DNA from: an uncultured delta proteobacterium
GTDB taxonomy: Bacteria > Myxococcota > Myxococcia > Myxococcales > Myxococcaceae
NCBI GenBank assembly: GCA_963713045.1
Contig: CAVQKE010000005.1
Location: forward strand, 192,001 to 256,000
Reading direction: 5' to 3'
Length of the DNA stretch: 64,000 bases
Below are positions 47,255 to 57,015 of the stretch, piece by piece (the first letter of the stretch is position 1; each line of letters begins with the position of its first letter). The position numbers and the translations under genes were made by a program. Under the pieces are notes generated by a model that had not been told where the DNA came from, searched no databases, and saw only the letters and a program-made list of their open reading frames with translations.

Positions 47255-48273
47255 GCTGAGGCTCCCGCCGAGCGGTACAGCGCAAGGACGTCCCTCGCCA
47301 CGCTGTCCACGTCCGGCAGCTGCACCTCCCGCCGGTCCTCTCCCAGTGCTGCTGCGGCCAGCGCCTCGGGCGTCACCGCGGGCAACACCGCGTCGGCCCA
47401 GGTGGGCAGTCCACCCAGCGCGGAGGCCACCACGCGGGCGCCGCAGGCGCGGGCCTGCAGCGCGGTGCGGCCGGCCCAGTCATTGCCTAGCCCCAGCACC
47501 CAGACTTCGTCCAACGCCTGAAGCCATCGGACAAATTCCGCGCCACGCTGGTAGCCGGGGAGGTGGACGGCGTCCGACAGGCCAGCTTCCCAGACGGCCA
47601 GGCGCACGGCAGGTTCCAGCACCCCGTCGCCCAACAGCACCAGCGTCACGTCCGGGACGCGCCGACGCACCAGCGCGAAGGCTGCGAGGGCAACGCCATG
47701 TCCACGCGAGGGTTGGAAGGTGGACGCCATGCCCACCACCGGGCCTGGCGGAAGGCCGAGGGCACGGCGCAGCGCCGCGCGGTCCGGACTGGGACGAAAG
47801 TGCTGGTCGACGAGGGGTGGAAGCACCAGCGTCGGAGTCGGCCGCAGCCGAGGGAGCAGCTCCACCGCCGGCACCGTGAAGGCAGCGGCCGGCGGGAGGC
47901 TCCAGCGGAGGGAGCGCGGCGCATGGATGGAACGGACAAGGTGCGCCGTGCGCGGCCGCGCAACCGATGCAAGCCAATGGTCGTGGCTGCTGTGGCAGTG
48001 GACGACGTCCACGCTGGCACCGCGAAGGCGGACGGCGTCTCTTAGGAAGCTCAAGGGGCCTCCACGGGTGGAGAGTGCAAAGCCGCGGGCATCGAGGAGC
48101 CCGAGCGCCTCAAAACGCGGCACGCTGGGCTCCTCCGTCCCAGTGCCCGGGCGGGTGGTGTCGACGGCCACGCTGACGTTGGCACCGGCGCGCTGCTGAG
48201 CCGCGGCCAGCAGCGCCACCCCCTCGGCCGGCCCACTGAAGACGGGGCTCGCCAAAAGGTGCAAGACGCGCAT
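47251..48273 (-). CDS. Glycosyltransferase family 4 (GT-B)
   Basis: MRVLHLLAS, VVHCHSSHDH, LLGDG, ACGARVVAS-LGG; lies inside the LPS cluster. Confidence 0.8.
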   Translation of the reverse strand: MRVLHLLASPVFSGPAEGVALLAAAQQRAGANVSVAVDTTRPGTGTEEPSVPRFEALGLLDARGFALSTRGGPLSFLRDAVRLRGASVDVVHCHSSHDHWLASVARPRTAHLVRSIHAPRSLRWSLPPAAAFTVPAVELLPRLRPTPTLVLPPLVDQHFRPSPDRAALRRALGLPPGPVVGMASTFQPSRGHGVALAAFALVRRRVPDVTLVLLGDGVLEPAVRLAVWEAGLSDAVHLPGYQRGAEFVRWLQALDEVWVLGLGNDWAGRTALQARACGARVVASALGGLPTWADAVLPAVTPEALAAAALGEDRREVQLPDVDSVARDVLALYRSAGASA

Positions 48274-49265
48274 CAGCGCTCGCCTCCCTGGTACAGGCGT
48301 AAGAGCGCGGCAACTTCTTTCTCCAGGGGAAAGCGGGTGCGGGCCGCCTCCGCCGCGGCTTGGCCCACCTCGTCCGCACGCTTCGGCTCGCGCAACAGGG
48401 GCCGAAGGACGTCGGCCAGTGCCGAAACGTCGCCAGCCGGGTAGGTGAAGCCGGTCCGTCCTTCTTCCAGCAGCGCCGCGTAGTGCGCAAGCCGCGCCGC
48501 GACGACGCAGCAGCCCGAGGCCATGGCCTCGGCCAGGACGAGGGAAAAGGACTCAGCGTGGGAGGGTTGAAGGAGAAGCGTCGCGCCCTGGTACCAAGGG
48601 CGGACGTCTGACTGCTCGCCCACCGCCTGCACCCGGCCAGCCCCCAGCTTCAACAGCGAGGCCAGCCACGCAACGTCCCGCCCCCGTGCTTCCCCCACCA
48701 GCACCGCCCGCCAGCCGGGCGCCTCAGGCAGCGTCTGCGCCAGGGCGGCCACGGCGTCCCCTTGGCCCTTCGCCGGGCGAATGCGCCCCACCACCACCAC
48801 CCCGCGCTGGCCCCCCACGCCGAGAGCGGCCCAGCGGCCGGCACGGTCCGCCGGGGGCTGAAAGACGCGGGTGTCCACGCCGTGGGAAACGACGATGGAG
48901 GGCAGTCCCAGTGTCTGGCGGCCCTCTTCGGTCAGCGTGACGCGAATGTCGGCACGGTGCGCGAGGGACCGCGTCCAGCGGCTGGGGCGTCCCGTCCCGT
49001 GCCGGGTCCACACCACGCGGACACCCCGTCCGAGGCCCCGGAGGGCCAGCGCCAGCAGGAGCTCCAGGTTGCGGTGCGCGTGCACCACCAAGTCTCCCGC
49101 CCGTGCCGCCTTCCACAGCGCGCTGAGGTTGCAGCGGGGGACGTCCGGCACGAGTGCCCACCCCAGGGCCGTGGCCCCGCTTGGCCCAAGGGCGCGCACC
49201 ACGTCCTCCACATGGCGGGTGACGCCGGTGCGACGTCGGTGCAGGTGCAGGTGCACCAGCGTCAA
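48273..49265 (-). CDS. Glycosyltransferase family 4, LpcC/LpsB-like LPS core transferase
   Basis: RRTGVT, HAHRNLE, HGVD-F-P, GRIRPAKG, ESFSLVLAEAMASG; TTG start overlaps the waaA stop (TTGA). Confidence 0.8.
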   Translation of the reverse strand: MTLVHLHLHRRRTGVTRHVEDVVRALGPSGATALGWALVPDVPRCNLSALWKAARAGDLVVHAHRNLELLLALALRGLGRGVRVVWTRHGTGRPSRWTRSLAHRADIRVTLTEEGRQTLGLPSIVVSHGVDTRVFQPPADRAGRWAALGVGGQRGVVVVGRIRPAKGQGDAVAALAQTLPEAPGWRAVLVGEARGRDVAWLASLLKLGAGRVQAVGEQSDVRPWYQGATLLLQPSHAESFSLVLAEAMASGCCVVAARLAHYAALLEEGRTGFTYPAGDVSALADVLRPLLREPKRADEVGQAAAEAARTRFPLEKEVAALLRLYQGGER

Positions 49266-50567
49266 GGCGCCGGCCCAGGCGAAGCCAGCCGCGGCGCCGC
49301 GCCCAGCATTCTCGCCACCAAGTCCACGTTGCGCTGGCTTGCGCCGGAGACTTGCCGCACGGCCTGCGCCGCCAACTCGCCCAGCTGGGCGCAGGTCTCG
49401 GGACGGGACAGCAAGTCCGCCACCAGCGTCTCGAAGTGCTCGACGTCGGACACCTGAATGCCGCCCCGGCCCAGCAGCACCTGCACGCTGTCGCTGAAGT
49501 TGGCCATGTTGGGGCCGAACAGTACCGGTTTGCCCTGCGCCGCCGGTTCGAGAATGTTTTGGCCGCCGCGGGCGGTGAAGCTGCCGCCGACGAAGACCAG
49601 CGTCGCCAGCCGGTAGGCCTGGCTCGAACTCCCCAATGGTGTCGAGCACCAACACCTGGGCGCCGTGGTTGGAGGCTGCCCCTGCGCTGCGGCGCCCGGC
49701 GCGAAAACCGGCCGCCTCGGCCAAGGCCACCACCCGGGAGGTGCGGTCAATGTAGCGCGGTGCCAGCAGCAGCTTGAGGTCTGGGTGGAGGGCGAGCAGG
49801 CGTCGGTAAACGGCCAACAGCAGCTCCTCCTCGCCCTCGTGGGTGCTGCCGGCGATGAAGAGGCGCGACGAGGGCTGGAGCCCCAGCGCCTCGCGCAGTG
49901 CCTCGTCCGTGACGGCCGTCGCGTCCACACCGACGCCATCAAACTTGGTATTGCCCGTCACCCACACCCTTTCCAGGGGCGCGCCCAGGGAAAGCGCACG
50001 CTCGGCTTCCTCGTCTTCGCGCATCAGCAGCAAGTCGAGTTCCCGTAAGGGATTGCCGGCCAGCGCCAACAAAAGCCGGTAGGCGCCCAGCCGCTCCGGC
50101 GCGAAACGCCCGTTGGTGAGGACGACGCGGGCGCCGGCGACGTGGGCGGCGTGAATGAGGTTGGGCCAAAGTTCCGTGTATTCCAACACCAGCAGGTCTG
50201 GCCGCAGGGCACGCACCGCGCGCCGGGTGGCGCCCCATAGGTCCCAAGGCGCGTACAGCACCGCGTCCAGCTTCGCCCCGAGGCGGTCGCGTGCCATGAG
50301 GAAGCCGGTGTTGGTGATGGTGCTGACGAGAATTCGGCACTCCGGGTAGCGCTCCCGGCAGTGGCGGACCATGGGGGCCAGCGCCTGGAGGTCTCCGGCA
50401 CTCGCCCCGTGCAGCCAAATGCGGGGCCAACCGCCCTCCGGAATGGCGCCGCTTGCATAGAAGCCAAAGCGCTGGAGAAACCCCTGGCGCGTCTTCTTGT
50501 GCAGCAGCAGCACCGGGGCCAGCAGCAGGAAGGCCACCCAGCTCAGCACCACGTAGAGGACTCTCAC
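49262..50567 (-). CDS. waaA: Kdo transferase, with an apparent 1-bp insertion at ~49626
   Basis: WLHGASAGD, TELWPN, GNTKFD, AGSTHEGEE, DTIGE then (shifted frame) FVGGSF, GGQNILEPA, FGPNMANF; removing 1 nt gives 435 codons. Confidence 0.9.
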
Positions 50568-52399
50568 GCGAGGCTCCGCTGCGCGCCGCTCTCATGCGCC
50601 TGGTGTTGGAGCGCCCACAGCCGGGCGTACACCCCCCCCTGCGCCAGCAGCTCGGCGTGGGTGCCCCGTTCCACCACACGGCCCCCGTCAAGGACGTGAA
50701 TGCAGTGCGCCTCCACCACCGTCGCCAGCCGGTGGGCCACCACCAGCGCCGTCCGCCCCGGAAGCACTTGGCGCAACGCCAGCTGCACTTCCCTTTCGCT
50801 TTCCGGGTCGAGGTTACTGGTCGCCTCATCCAGGACGAGGAGGGCGGCGTCGCGCAGCACCGCGCGGGCGAGCGCCAGGCGCTGGCGCTGTCCGCCGCTC
50901 AAGCCTGAGCCCTGCTCTCCCAGCGGCGTGTCCCAGCCCTGGGGCAGGGCCTGGACGAAGGCCTCGGCCTGGGCCAGCGCGCCAGCGCGCCGCACCTCCG
51001 CGTCGGTGGCGTCCGGACGGGCCAGCAAAAGGTTGTCGCGCAGCGAGCCGGAGAAGAGGAGTGGCTCCTGGGTGACGAGGGCCGTCTGTGCCCGGAGGCT
51101 ACTGGCGGTGAAGCCGTCCCAGTCTTCACTGTCCCACAGCAGTTGGCCGTGCTGTGGACGCAGAAAGCGCAAGAGGAGCGCCACCACGGTGCTTTTGCCG
51201 CCCCCGCTTGGGCCCACCAGGGCTGTCACCTGCCCCACCGGCAGCGACAGCTGGAGCCCACGCAGCGCCGGGCGGTCGCCGTAGGACACCTCCACGTCCC
51301 GAAGCGTAATGGCCCCCGAAAGCGGGGGCGCGCCTCGGGCGCCAGGTGCATCGGCCACTGGGTGCACCGTGTCCAGCACTTCGAAAAGGCGCTCGCTGGC
51401 AGCGGCGGCCTGGGTGGCAAACTGGGTGGTGCGGCCCAAGTCCTTGGCCGGCTGGTAGAGAAGCAGCAGCGCCGCCAACAGGGACACCAAGCGCTCCGGC
51501 GCGACGCCCGCGGTGGTGCCGGCCCACACCAGCGCCCCCGCAACCGCGCCGGCAGCCAGTACTTCGGTCAGTGCAGGCACCGCACTGCGGGCCCAGGCGG
51601 CACGCGACAGGGCCCGGGCCAGCAGCGCGCCGCGCTCGGAAAAGCGGCGAATTTCCGCATCCTCCGCCCCGTAGGCCTGCACGGTGCGAATGCCGCTGAG
51701 CAGCTCCTGCGCCTGTGCAGCCATCGTCCCCAAGCGGGTCTGGCTTTCCCGCGTCCGTCGCAGCACCGCCCGCGTCAATGCGGACACCGGAAGGACGGCC
51801 GCCGGCACACAGGCCAGTGCGGCCAGCGCCAGACGCGCGTCGGCCGCCAGTGCGACGCCCACCAGCACCAGCACCTGGATGCCGTCTCGGACGTAGCTGC
51901 CAACGGTGTAAATGGCGGCTGTCTCCACCGCCCGCACGTCCGCCGAGAAGCGAGACAGCAGGTCGCCCCGCAGCCGGTTGGCCAGCTGCACTGGCGATTG
52001 GGCCAACAGCGCTTCGAAGAGGCTGCGGCGCAGCGCGGCGGTGGTGCGCTGGCCGAATTGCCCCATCCAGTAGAATTGCGCGAGGTAACTCAACCCCTTC
52101 ACCACCGCGAGAAGGACGAGGAGTCCGGGGAGGACCAGCAGCGCAGCCCGCTTGTCCAGCGGGCGGAGGCCCGGAAGCCACCCTGCGCCCTGTGCCCCGC
52201 CGGTCAGCAGAAAGTGCAAGGCCGGCCCCACCAGCCAGGCATAGGCGCCGGTGGCCAGCCCGAGGACGGCCATGGCGGCAAAGGCCAAAAGCAGCCGGGA
52301 CGTCTGCGGGCGGGCAAACCCGGCCAGGCGCAGCAGCGCGCGCCAGGAGGTCCCCGGACGCACAGGGAAGTCCGCCCCGGGTGTTCCGTCACCGCTCAC
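50564..52399 (-). CDS. msbA: Lipid A export ABC transporter MsbA-like (start approximate)
   Basis: Transmembrane domain plus Walker A GPSGGGKST, LSGGQRQR, LDEATS; between lpxB and waaA. Confidence 0.85.
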   Translation of the reverse strand: MSGDGTPGADFPVRPGTSWRALLRLAGFARPQTSRLLLAFAAMAVLGLATGAYAWLVGPALHFLLTGGAQGAGWLPGLRPLDKRAALLVLPGLLVLLAVVKGLSYLAQFYWMGQFGQRTTAALRRSLFEALLAQSPVQLANRLRGDLLSRFSADVRAVETAAIYTVGSYVRDGIQVLVLVGVALAADARLALAALACVPAAVLPVSALTRAVLRRTRESQTRLGTMAAQAQELLSGIRTVQAYGAEDAEIRRFSERGALLARALSRAAWARSAVPALTEVLAAGAVAGALVWAGTTAGVAPERLVSLLAALLLLYQPAKDLGRTTQFATQAAAASERLFEVLDTVHPVADAPGARGAPPLSGAITLRDVEVSYGDRPALRGLQLSLPVGQVTALVGPSGGGKSTVVALLLRFLRPQHGQLLWDSEDWDGFTASSLRAQTALVTQEPLLFSGSLRDNLLLARPDATDAEVRRAGALAQAEAFVQALPQGWDTPLGEQGSGLSGGQRQRLALARAVLRDAALLVLDEATSNLDPESEREVQLALRQVLPGRTALVVAHRLATVVEAHCIHVLDGGRVVERGTHAELLAQGGVYARLWALQHQAHESGAQRSLA

Positions 52400-52429
52400 C
52401 GGCCCTGGTGTGTACCATCCCTGGCCACC

Positions 52430-53620
52430 ATGGCGTCCGGAGAGCTGCTGGTGGTGGCCGGTGAGGCTTCGGGCGACGTGCTCGGCGGCGAGTTGTTGTC
52501 TGCGCTCAGGGCGCACCGGCCACAGCTCACCGCCTTCGGGATGGGGGGCCCGCGGCTGGTGGCGGCGGGCCTTCAGCCCCTCTTCGACATGTCGGAAATT
52601 TCGGTGGTGGGCTTCACCGAGGTGCTGCCGCGGCTGCCCCGCATTTGGCGCGTCTTCCGCGCCCTGGTGAAGGCCGCCGCCACCCGGCGTCCAGCGGCAG
52701 CGGTGTTGGTGGACGCACCGGACTTCAACCTCCGCCTGGCGCGAAAGCTGAAGGCCTTGGGCATTCCGGTCGTCTTCTACGTCAGCCCCACCGTCTGGGC
52801 GTGGCGCCGCGGGCGGGTGAAGCAGATTGCCCGGGACGTCGAAAAAATGCTGTGCATCCTCCCCTTCGAGGAGGCGTTTTACCGTCCCTACGGGGTGAAG
52901 GCGGTGTACGTGGGCAGCCCGGTGGCGGCACGCCTCCCCGCGCCCGCGGAGGCGGCCGTGTTTCGCAGGGGTTTGGGCCTGGACGTGCACCGCCCCACGC
53001 TGGCGGTGCTTCCCGGCAGCCGCGCCTCGGAGTTGCGGCGCTGCCTTCAGCCGCTGGTGGACAGCGCGGCGCTGGTGGAGAAGGACCATCCGGGCCTGCA
53101 AGTCGTCGTCCCGTTGGCGCCGGGAGTGGACGCATCCAGGGTGGCGGCAGCCTTCCAAGCCCTCGGCCTTCAGCCGGTGTTGGTGGCCGGCCAAACTGCG
53201 CAGGTGGCCGGGGCCGCTGACGTCGCCCTGGTGACGTCCGGCACAGCGGCGCTGGAGGCCGGTCTGATGCTGAGGCCGCTGGTGGTGGTGTACCGCGTGT
53301 CCGCGTTGAGCGCGCTGCTGGCCCGCCTGTTGGTCAGCGTGCGCTTCGTCAGCCTCATCAACCTGCTGGCCGGACGCCGCCTCATTCCGGAGTTGCTTCA
53401 AGGGGCGCTGACGCCCGCCAATGTGCTGGCCGAGGTGCGCCGGTTGTGGGACGAGGGGCCGGAGCGCCGCACCATGGTGGCCGGGCTGCGCGAGGTGCGC
53501 ACGTTGCTCGGCACGGCACCGGCCAGCGAACGGGCAGCGGACGAGGTGCTGGAGGTGCTGGACGGCAAGGGCCGATTGCCCGACGGGCCGCGCGTGGTAA
53601 GAGGCGCACCCTCGCAATGA
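52430..53620 (+). CDS. lpxB: Lipid-A-disaccharide synthase
   Basis: AGEASGD, VDAPDFN, YVSPTVWAWR, ILPFE, LPGSR, SGTAALE. Confidence 0.95.
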   Translation: MASGELLVVAGEASGDVLGGELLSALRAHRPQLTAFGMGGPRLVAAGLQPLFDMSEISVVGFTEVLPRLPRIWRVFRALVKAAATRRPAAAVLVDAPDFNLRLARKLKALGIPVVFYVSPTVWAWRRGRVKQIARDVEKMLCILPFEEAFYRPYGVKAVYVGSPVAARLPAPAEAAVFRRGLGLDVHRPTLAVLPGSRASELRRCLQPLVDSAALVEKDHPGLQVVVPLAPGVDASRVAAAFQALGLQPVLVAGQTAQVAGAADVALVTSGTAALEAGLMLRPLVVVYRVSALSALLARLLVSVRFVSLINLLAGRRLIPELLQGALTPANVLAEVRRLWDEGPERRTMVAGLREVRTLLGTAPASERAADEVLEVLDGKGRLPDGPRVVRGAPSQ

Positions 53621-54330
53621 CGACGGCCCTGGTTTGCATTCCCACCTACAACGAGCGTGACAACCTCGAGGGAATTGTCGACGCCGTCCTCGCTGCGGAT
53701 GCCCGCACCGAGGTGCTGGTGGTGGACGACAACAGCCCGGACGGCACCGGGGTGCTGGCCGACGCGCTGGCGGCGCGAGAGCCGCGGGTGCACGTGCTGC
53801 ACCGGGAGAAGAAGGAAGGCCTGGGACGGGCCTACTTGGCCGCCTTCGCCTGGGCACTCTCGCGGCCCTACCAGTACGTGCTGGAGATGGATGCTGACTG
53901 GAGCCACCCGCCACGCTACCTGAGTGGGCTTCTGGACCGGGCCGAGGCCGGGGCGGACTTGGTGCTGGGCTCGCGCTACGTGGAGGGCGGGGGCACCGTC
54001 AACTGGGGAGCCATGCGCCGGCTCATCAGCCGCGGCGGCTCGCTCTACGCACGCCTGGTGCTGGGGCTTCCGGTGAGGGACTTAACCGGCGGCTTCAAAT
54101 GCTTCCGACGGCGGGTGCTCGAGTCCATCGACTTCGCCGCCGTCCACAGCACCGGCTACGCCTTTCAGATTGAGCTCACCTACCGCGCCTACCAGGGCGG
54201 CTTCCGTGTGGAGGAGATGCCGATTGTCTTCGAGGACCGCCGGGTAGGGCATTCCAAAATGTCGCGGCGAATTGTCCTGGAAGCCTTGGGTATGGTGTGG
54301 AAGCTGCGCTTCACGGTCCGTCGCCCATGA
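53617..54330 (+). CDS. Polyprenol monophosphomannose synthase-like GT2
   Basis: IPTYNE, DDNSPDGT, GLGRAY, MDADWSH, GSRY, DLTGGFK, GYAFQIE, GHSKM. Confidence 0.88.
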   Translation: MTTALVCIPTYNERDNLEGIVDAVLAADARTEVLVVDDNSPDGTGVLADALAAREPRVHVLHREKKEGLGRAYLAAFAWALSRPYQYVLEMDADWSHPPRYLSGLLDRAEAGADLVLGSRYVEGGGTVNWGAMRRLISRGGSLYARLVLGLPVRDLTGGFKCFRRRVLESIDFAAVHSTGYAFQIELTYRAYQGGFRVEEMPIVFEDRRVGHSKMSRRIVLEALGMVWKLRFTVRRP

Positions 54331-54956
54331 ATAGCCTCATCTCCTTCAGCCTGGTGGCGCTGTCCGCCGTCTTCTTCGTGGTGGACCCGCTGGGGGTAGT
54401 GCCCATTTTTCTCGCCGTCACCTCTGGTGATTCGCCGGAGAAGATGGAGCGGACTGCGTTTCGCGCTTCACTGACCGCCTGCGGGCTGCTGGTATTTTTC
54501 GCCCTCTTCGGGACGCTGATTTTTAAGGTGGCCGGCATCTCGCTGGGCGCCTTTCGGGTGGCGGGGGGCATTTTGCTTCTCATCACCGGCCTGGACATGC
54601 TGCGCGCACGTCAGGTGGAGACGCGCACCAGCCTCGAGGAGGAGACGGAGGCCAGTGAGAAGGAGGATGTCGCCATCGTCCCACTGGCCGTCCCGCTGTT
54701 GGCTGGCCCCGGGGCCATTGCCACGGTGATGGTGCTGATGTCCCACGGCAAGGGCTTGGTGGCGGCGGTGCCGGTGCTGGTGGCAGTGGTGCTGACGTGT
54801 GTGGCCAGCTACTTCATCCTCCGGGCAGCGTCGCTGGTGCTGCGGGTGCTGGGGCAGTCCGGGGTGGCCATTCTCCAGCGCGTGATGGGCCTCATTCTCT
54901 GCGCCATCGCCGTCCAATTCATCGCCGACGGAGCGCGCGAACTCTTCAAGCTTTAG
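54327..54956 (+). CDS. MarC family membrane protein
   Basis: VDPLG-VP-F, AFRVAGG, VPLAVPLLAGPGAI, RVMGLIL. Confidence 0.92.
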   Translation: MNSLISFSLVALSAVFFVVDPLGVVPIFLAVTSGDSPEKMERTAFRASLTACGLLVFFALFGTLIFKVAGISLGAFRVAGGILLLITGLDMLRARQVETRTSLEEETEASEKEDVAIVPLAVPLLAGPGAIATVMVLMSHGKGLVAAVPVLVAVVLTCVASYFILRAASLVLRVLGQSGVAILQRVMGLILCAIAVQFIADGARELFKL

Positions 54957-55776
54957 CGGGCGGTGCGGCCACCGGCTCGACGGCCACCACGGTAATGCCG
55001 GCCTTATCGGCCACCGCCACCAGGCGCTCCGCCTCGAGAAGGAAGGTTTTGCCAGCCTCCACCGCCAGGGCACGCGCCCCCACCTCGGCCATCACGTCCA
55101 GGGTCGCTGGGCCCACCGCCGGCAAGTCGAAGCGCTCGTCCTGTCCCGGCTTCAGGCACTTGACCACCACCACGCCCGGGCCACCCAGCAAGGCGCCGCG
55201 GCGGATGCAGGCGTCGGTCCCTTCCACCGCCTCCAGCGCCAGCACGTGGCCGTCCTTCACCACCACCGTCTGGCCGACGTCGGCCCGTCCCAGCGCGGCC
55301 GCCACCTCCCCTCCCAACTCCACGTCGCGCGCGGTGCGCTTGTCCAGTTCCGGCCCGGCCAGCCGCCCGGCCGGCGCCAGCAATTCCGTCAGGTAGCTGG
55401 CGGCGGAGACAATGCGGATGCCGTGGGCCTCGAAGTCTTCCGCCACCGCGCGGAGGAAGACGTCATCGCGGATGCTGCGCAACCGGGCCAGCACCCGCAC
55501 CAGGCCGAAGTCCGGGCGCAGCTCGGCCACGGCGCGCATCCGCCGAAAGCCGCCGGCGAGCACCGCCTCCACCACGCCGGCCTGCTGCAGAATGCGCTGC
55601 ATCCGGGCCAGCTGCCCCACCCGGACCCAGCTGAAGGCGTCCACCTCGGCGGCCAGCGTGGGGTCAGTCTCTCCCCGGTGGGCCACCACCACCACCGAAA
55701 GGCCCCGGGCGCGGGCGGCCCGGGCGAAGAGGCGGGGCAGCGTGCCGTTTCCGGCGATGAGGCCAATGGCCGCCAA
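54946..55776 (-). CDS. lpxI: UDP-2,3-diacylglucosamine diphosphatase LpxI
   Basis: IAGNGTLP, DVGQTVVV, ALEAVEGTD, KPGQDERFDLP; follows lpxA. Confidence 0.9.
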   Translation of the reverse strand: MAAIGLIAGNGTLPRLFARAARARGLSVVVVAHRGETDPTLAAEVDAFSWVRVGQLARMQRILQQAGVVEAVLAGGFRRMRAVAELRPDFGLVRVLARLRSIRDDVFLRAVAEDFEAHGIRIVSAASYLTELLAPAGRLAGPELDKRTARDVELGGEVAAALGRADVGQTVVVKDGHVLALEAVEGTDACIRRGALLGGPGVVVVKCLKPGQDERFDLPAVGPATLDVMAEVGARALAVEAGKTFLLEAERLVAVADKAGITVVAVEPVAAPPAKA

Positions 55777-55786
55777 CGGCTCCCCC

Positions 55787-56572
55787 CTAGCGCGTCAATC
55801 CGCGCTTGGTGCTGGTGATGAAGTCCAGCAGCTGGTCGACCTCGGACTGGCCGCCGAAGTCGACCCGCAGCCGGGCCACCGCTTCCTCCAGGGGAAGCTT
55901 GGAGCGGAAGAGGACGCGGTAGGCATCCTTGATGCGGCCCAGCTGCTCCTCGGTGAAGCCGTGGCGCTGGAGGCCCACGACATTGAGGCCGGCCAGCTCG
56001 GCGCGGTCTCCCTGGGCAATGCAGTAAGGCGGGATGTCCATCACCACCATCGCCCCCCCGGCGATGAAGGCGTGGGCCCCAATGCGGGTGAATTGGTGCA
56101 CTGCGGACAGCCCGCCCAGCGTGGCGAAGTCCCCCACTTCCACGTGCCCGGCCAGCGTCGCGCCGTTGGCGAAGACGCAGTGGCTCCCCACCTGACTGTC
56201 ATGGGCCACGTGGCTGTAGGCCATGAAGAGGTTGTGGCTGCCGATGCGGGTGACGCCCCCGCCGCCCGAGGTGCCGATGTGCAGGGTGGTGAATTCCCGA
56301 ATTTGATTGGCGTCCCCGATGACCAGCGCGGTGGATTCGCCGGCGTACTTCAAGTCCTGGGGAATGGCCCCCACCGAGGCGAACTGAAAGACGCGGTTTC
56401 TCTCGCCGAGGGTGGTGCGCCCCTCCAGCACGGCGTGTGGGCCCACCGTGCAATGGGCGCCAAGGCGCACCTGGGGGCCGATGACGGCGTAGGGGCCGAC
56501 CTGGACGGTGGGGTGAAGCTCTGCCCCCGGGGCGATGAGGGCGGTCGGGTGGATGCCGGGCCCAGGCCTCAT
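55787..56572 (-). CDS. lpxA: Acyl-ACP--UDP-GlcNAc O-acyltransferase
   Basis: IHPTA hexapeptide repeats, PQDLKY, IRE, HVAHD, LAGHV, HQF, GLNVVGL. Confidence 0.96.
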   Translation of the reverse strand: MRPGPGIHPTALIAPGAELHPTVQVGPYAVIGPQVRLGAHCTVGPHAVLEGRTTLGERNRVFQFASVGAIPQDLKYAGESTALVIGDANQIREFTTLHIGTSGGGGVTRIGSHNLFMAYSHVAHDSQVGSHCVFANGATLAGHVEVGDFATLGGLSAVHQFTRIGAHAFIAGGAMVVMDIPPYCIAQGDRAELAGLNVVGLQRHGFTEEQLGRIKDAYRVLFRSKLPLEEAVARLRVDFGGQSEVDQLLDFITSTKRGLTR

Positions 56573-57015
56573 GCCGGAGCGACATCCTTGTCCACCACGG
56601 TGGCCATGAAGTCGCCTTCGGCCACCAGCTGGCCGTCGACGGAGGCCACACCGCGGGTCTTCACCACCACCGACTTGAGGCGCACCACGGTGACGTCCAA
56701 CTGCAGCCGGTCCCCCGGCACCACCGGCCGGCGGAAGCGCGCCCCGTCAATGGCCATCAGGTACGTCACCTTCTTCTCCGGGTCGAAGCCGGTGCTGCTG
56801 TAGCAAAGCAGAGCACTGGCTTGGGCCAGTGCCTCCAGCACCAGCACGCCGGGCATCACCGGGTGGCCCGGGAAGTGGCCTTGAAAGTACGGCTCATTGG
56901 CGCTGACATTCTTGTAGGCCACCAGCCGCTGACCGGGGACCAATTCCACCACCCGGTCCACCAAGAGGAAGGGAAAGCGGTGGGGGAGGAGCCGCTGGAT
57001 TTGTAGGACGTCCAT
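56569..57015 (-). CDS. fabZ: 3-hydroxyacyl-ACP dehydratase
   Basis: [45 protein letters not shown] upstream of ATG 57015. Confidence 0.95.
   Translation of the reverse strand: MDVLQIQRLLPHRFPFLLVDRVVELVPGQRLVAYKNVSANEPYFQGHFPGHPVMPGVLVLEALAQASALLCYSSTGFDPEKKVTYLMAIDGARFRRPVVPGDRLQLDVTVVRLKSVVVKTRGVASVDGQLVAEGDFMATVVDKDVAPA

Noticed and set aside
51143..52429. Long N-terminal extension of LpxB
   Set aside because: Antisense to msbA; the LpxB motif begins at ATG 52430
50564..53914. 1116-aa MsbA ORF
   Set aside because: The N-terminal ~500 aa is the antisense of lpxB and the GT2 gene; the transporter starts near 52399
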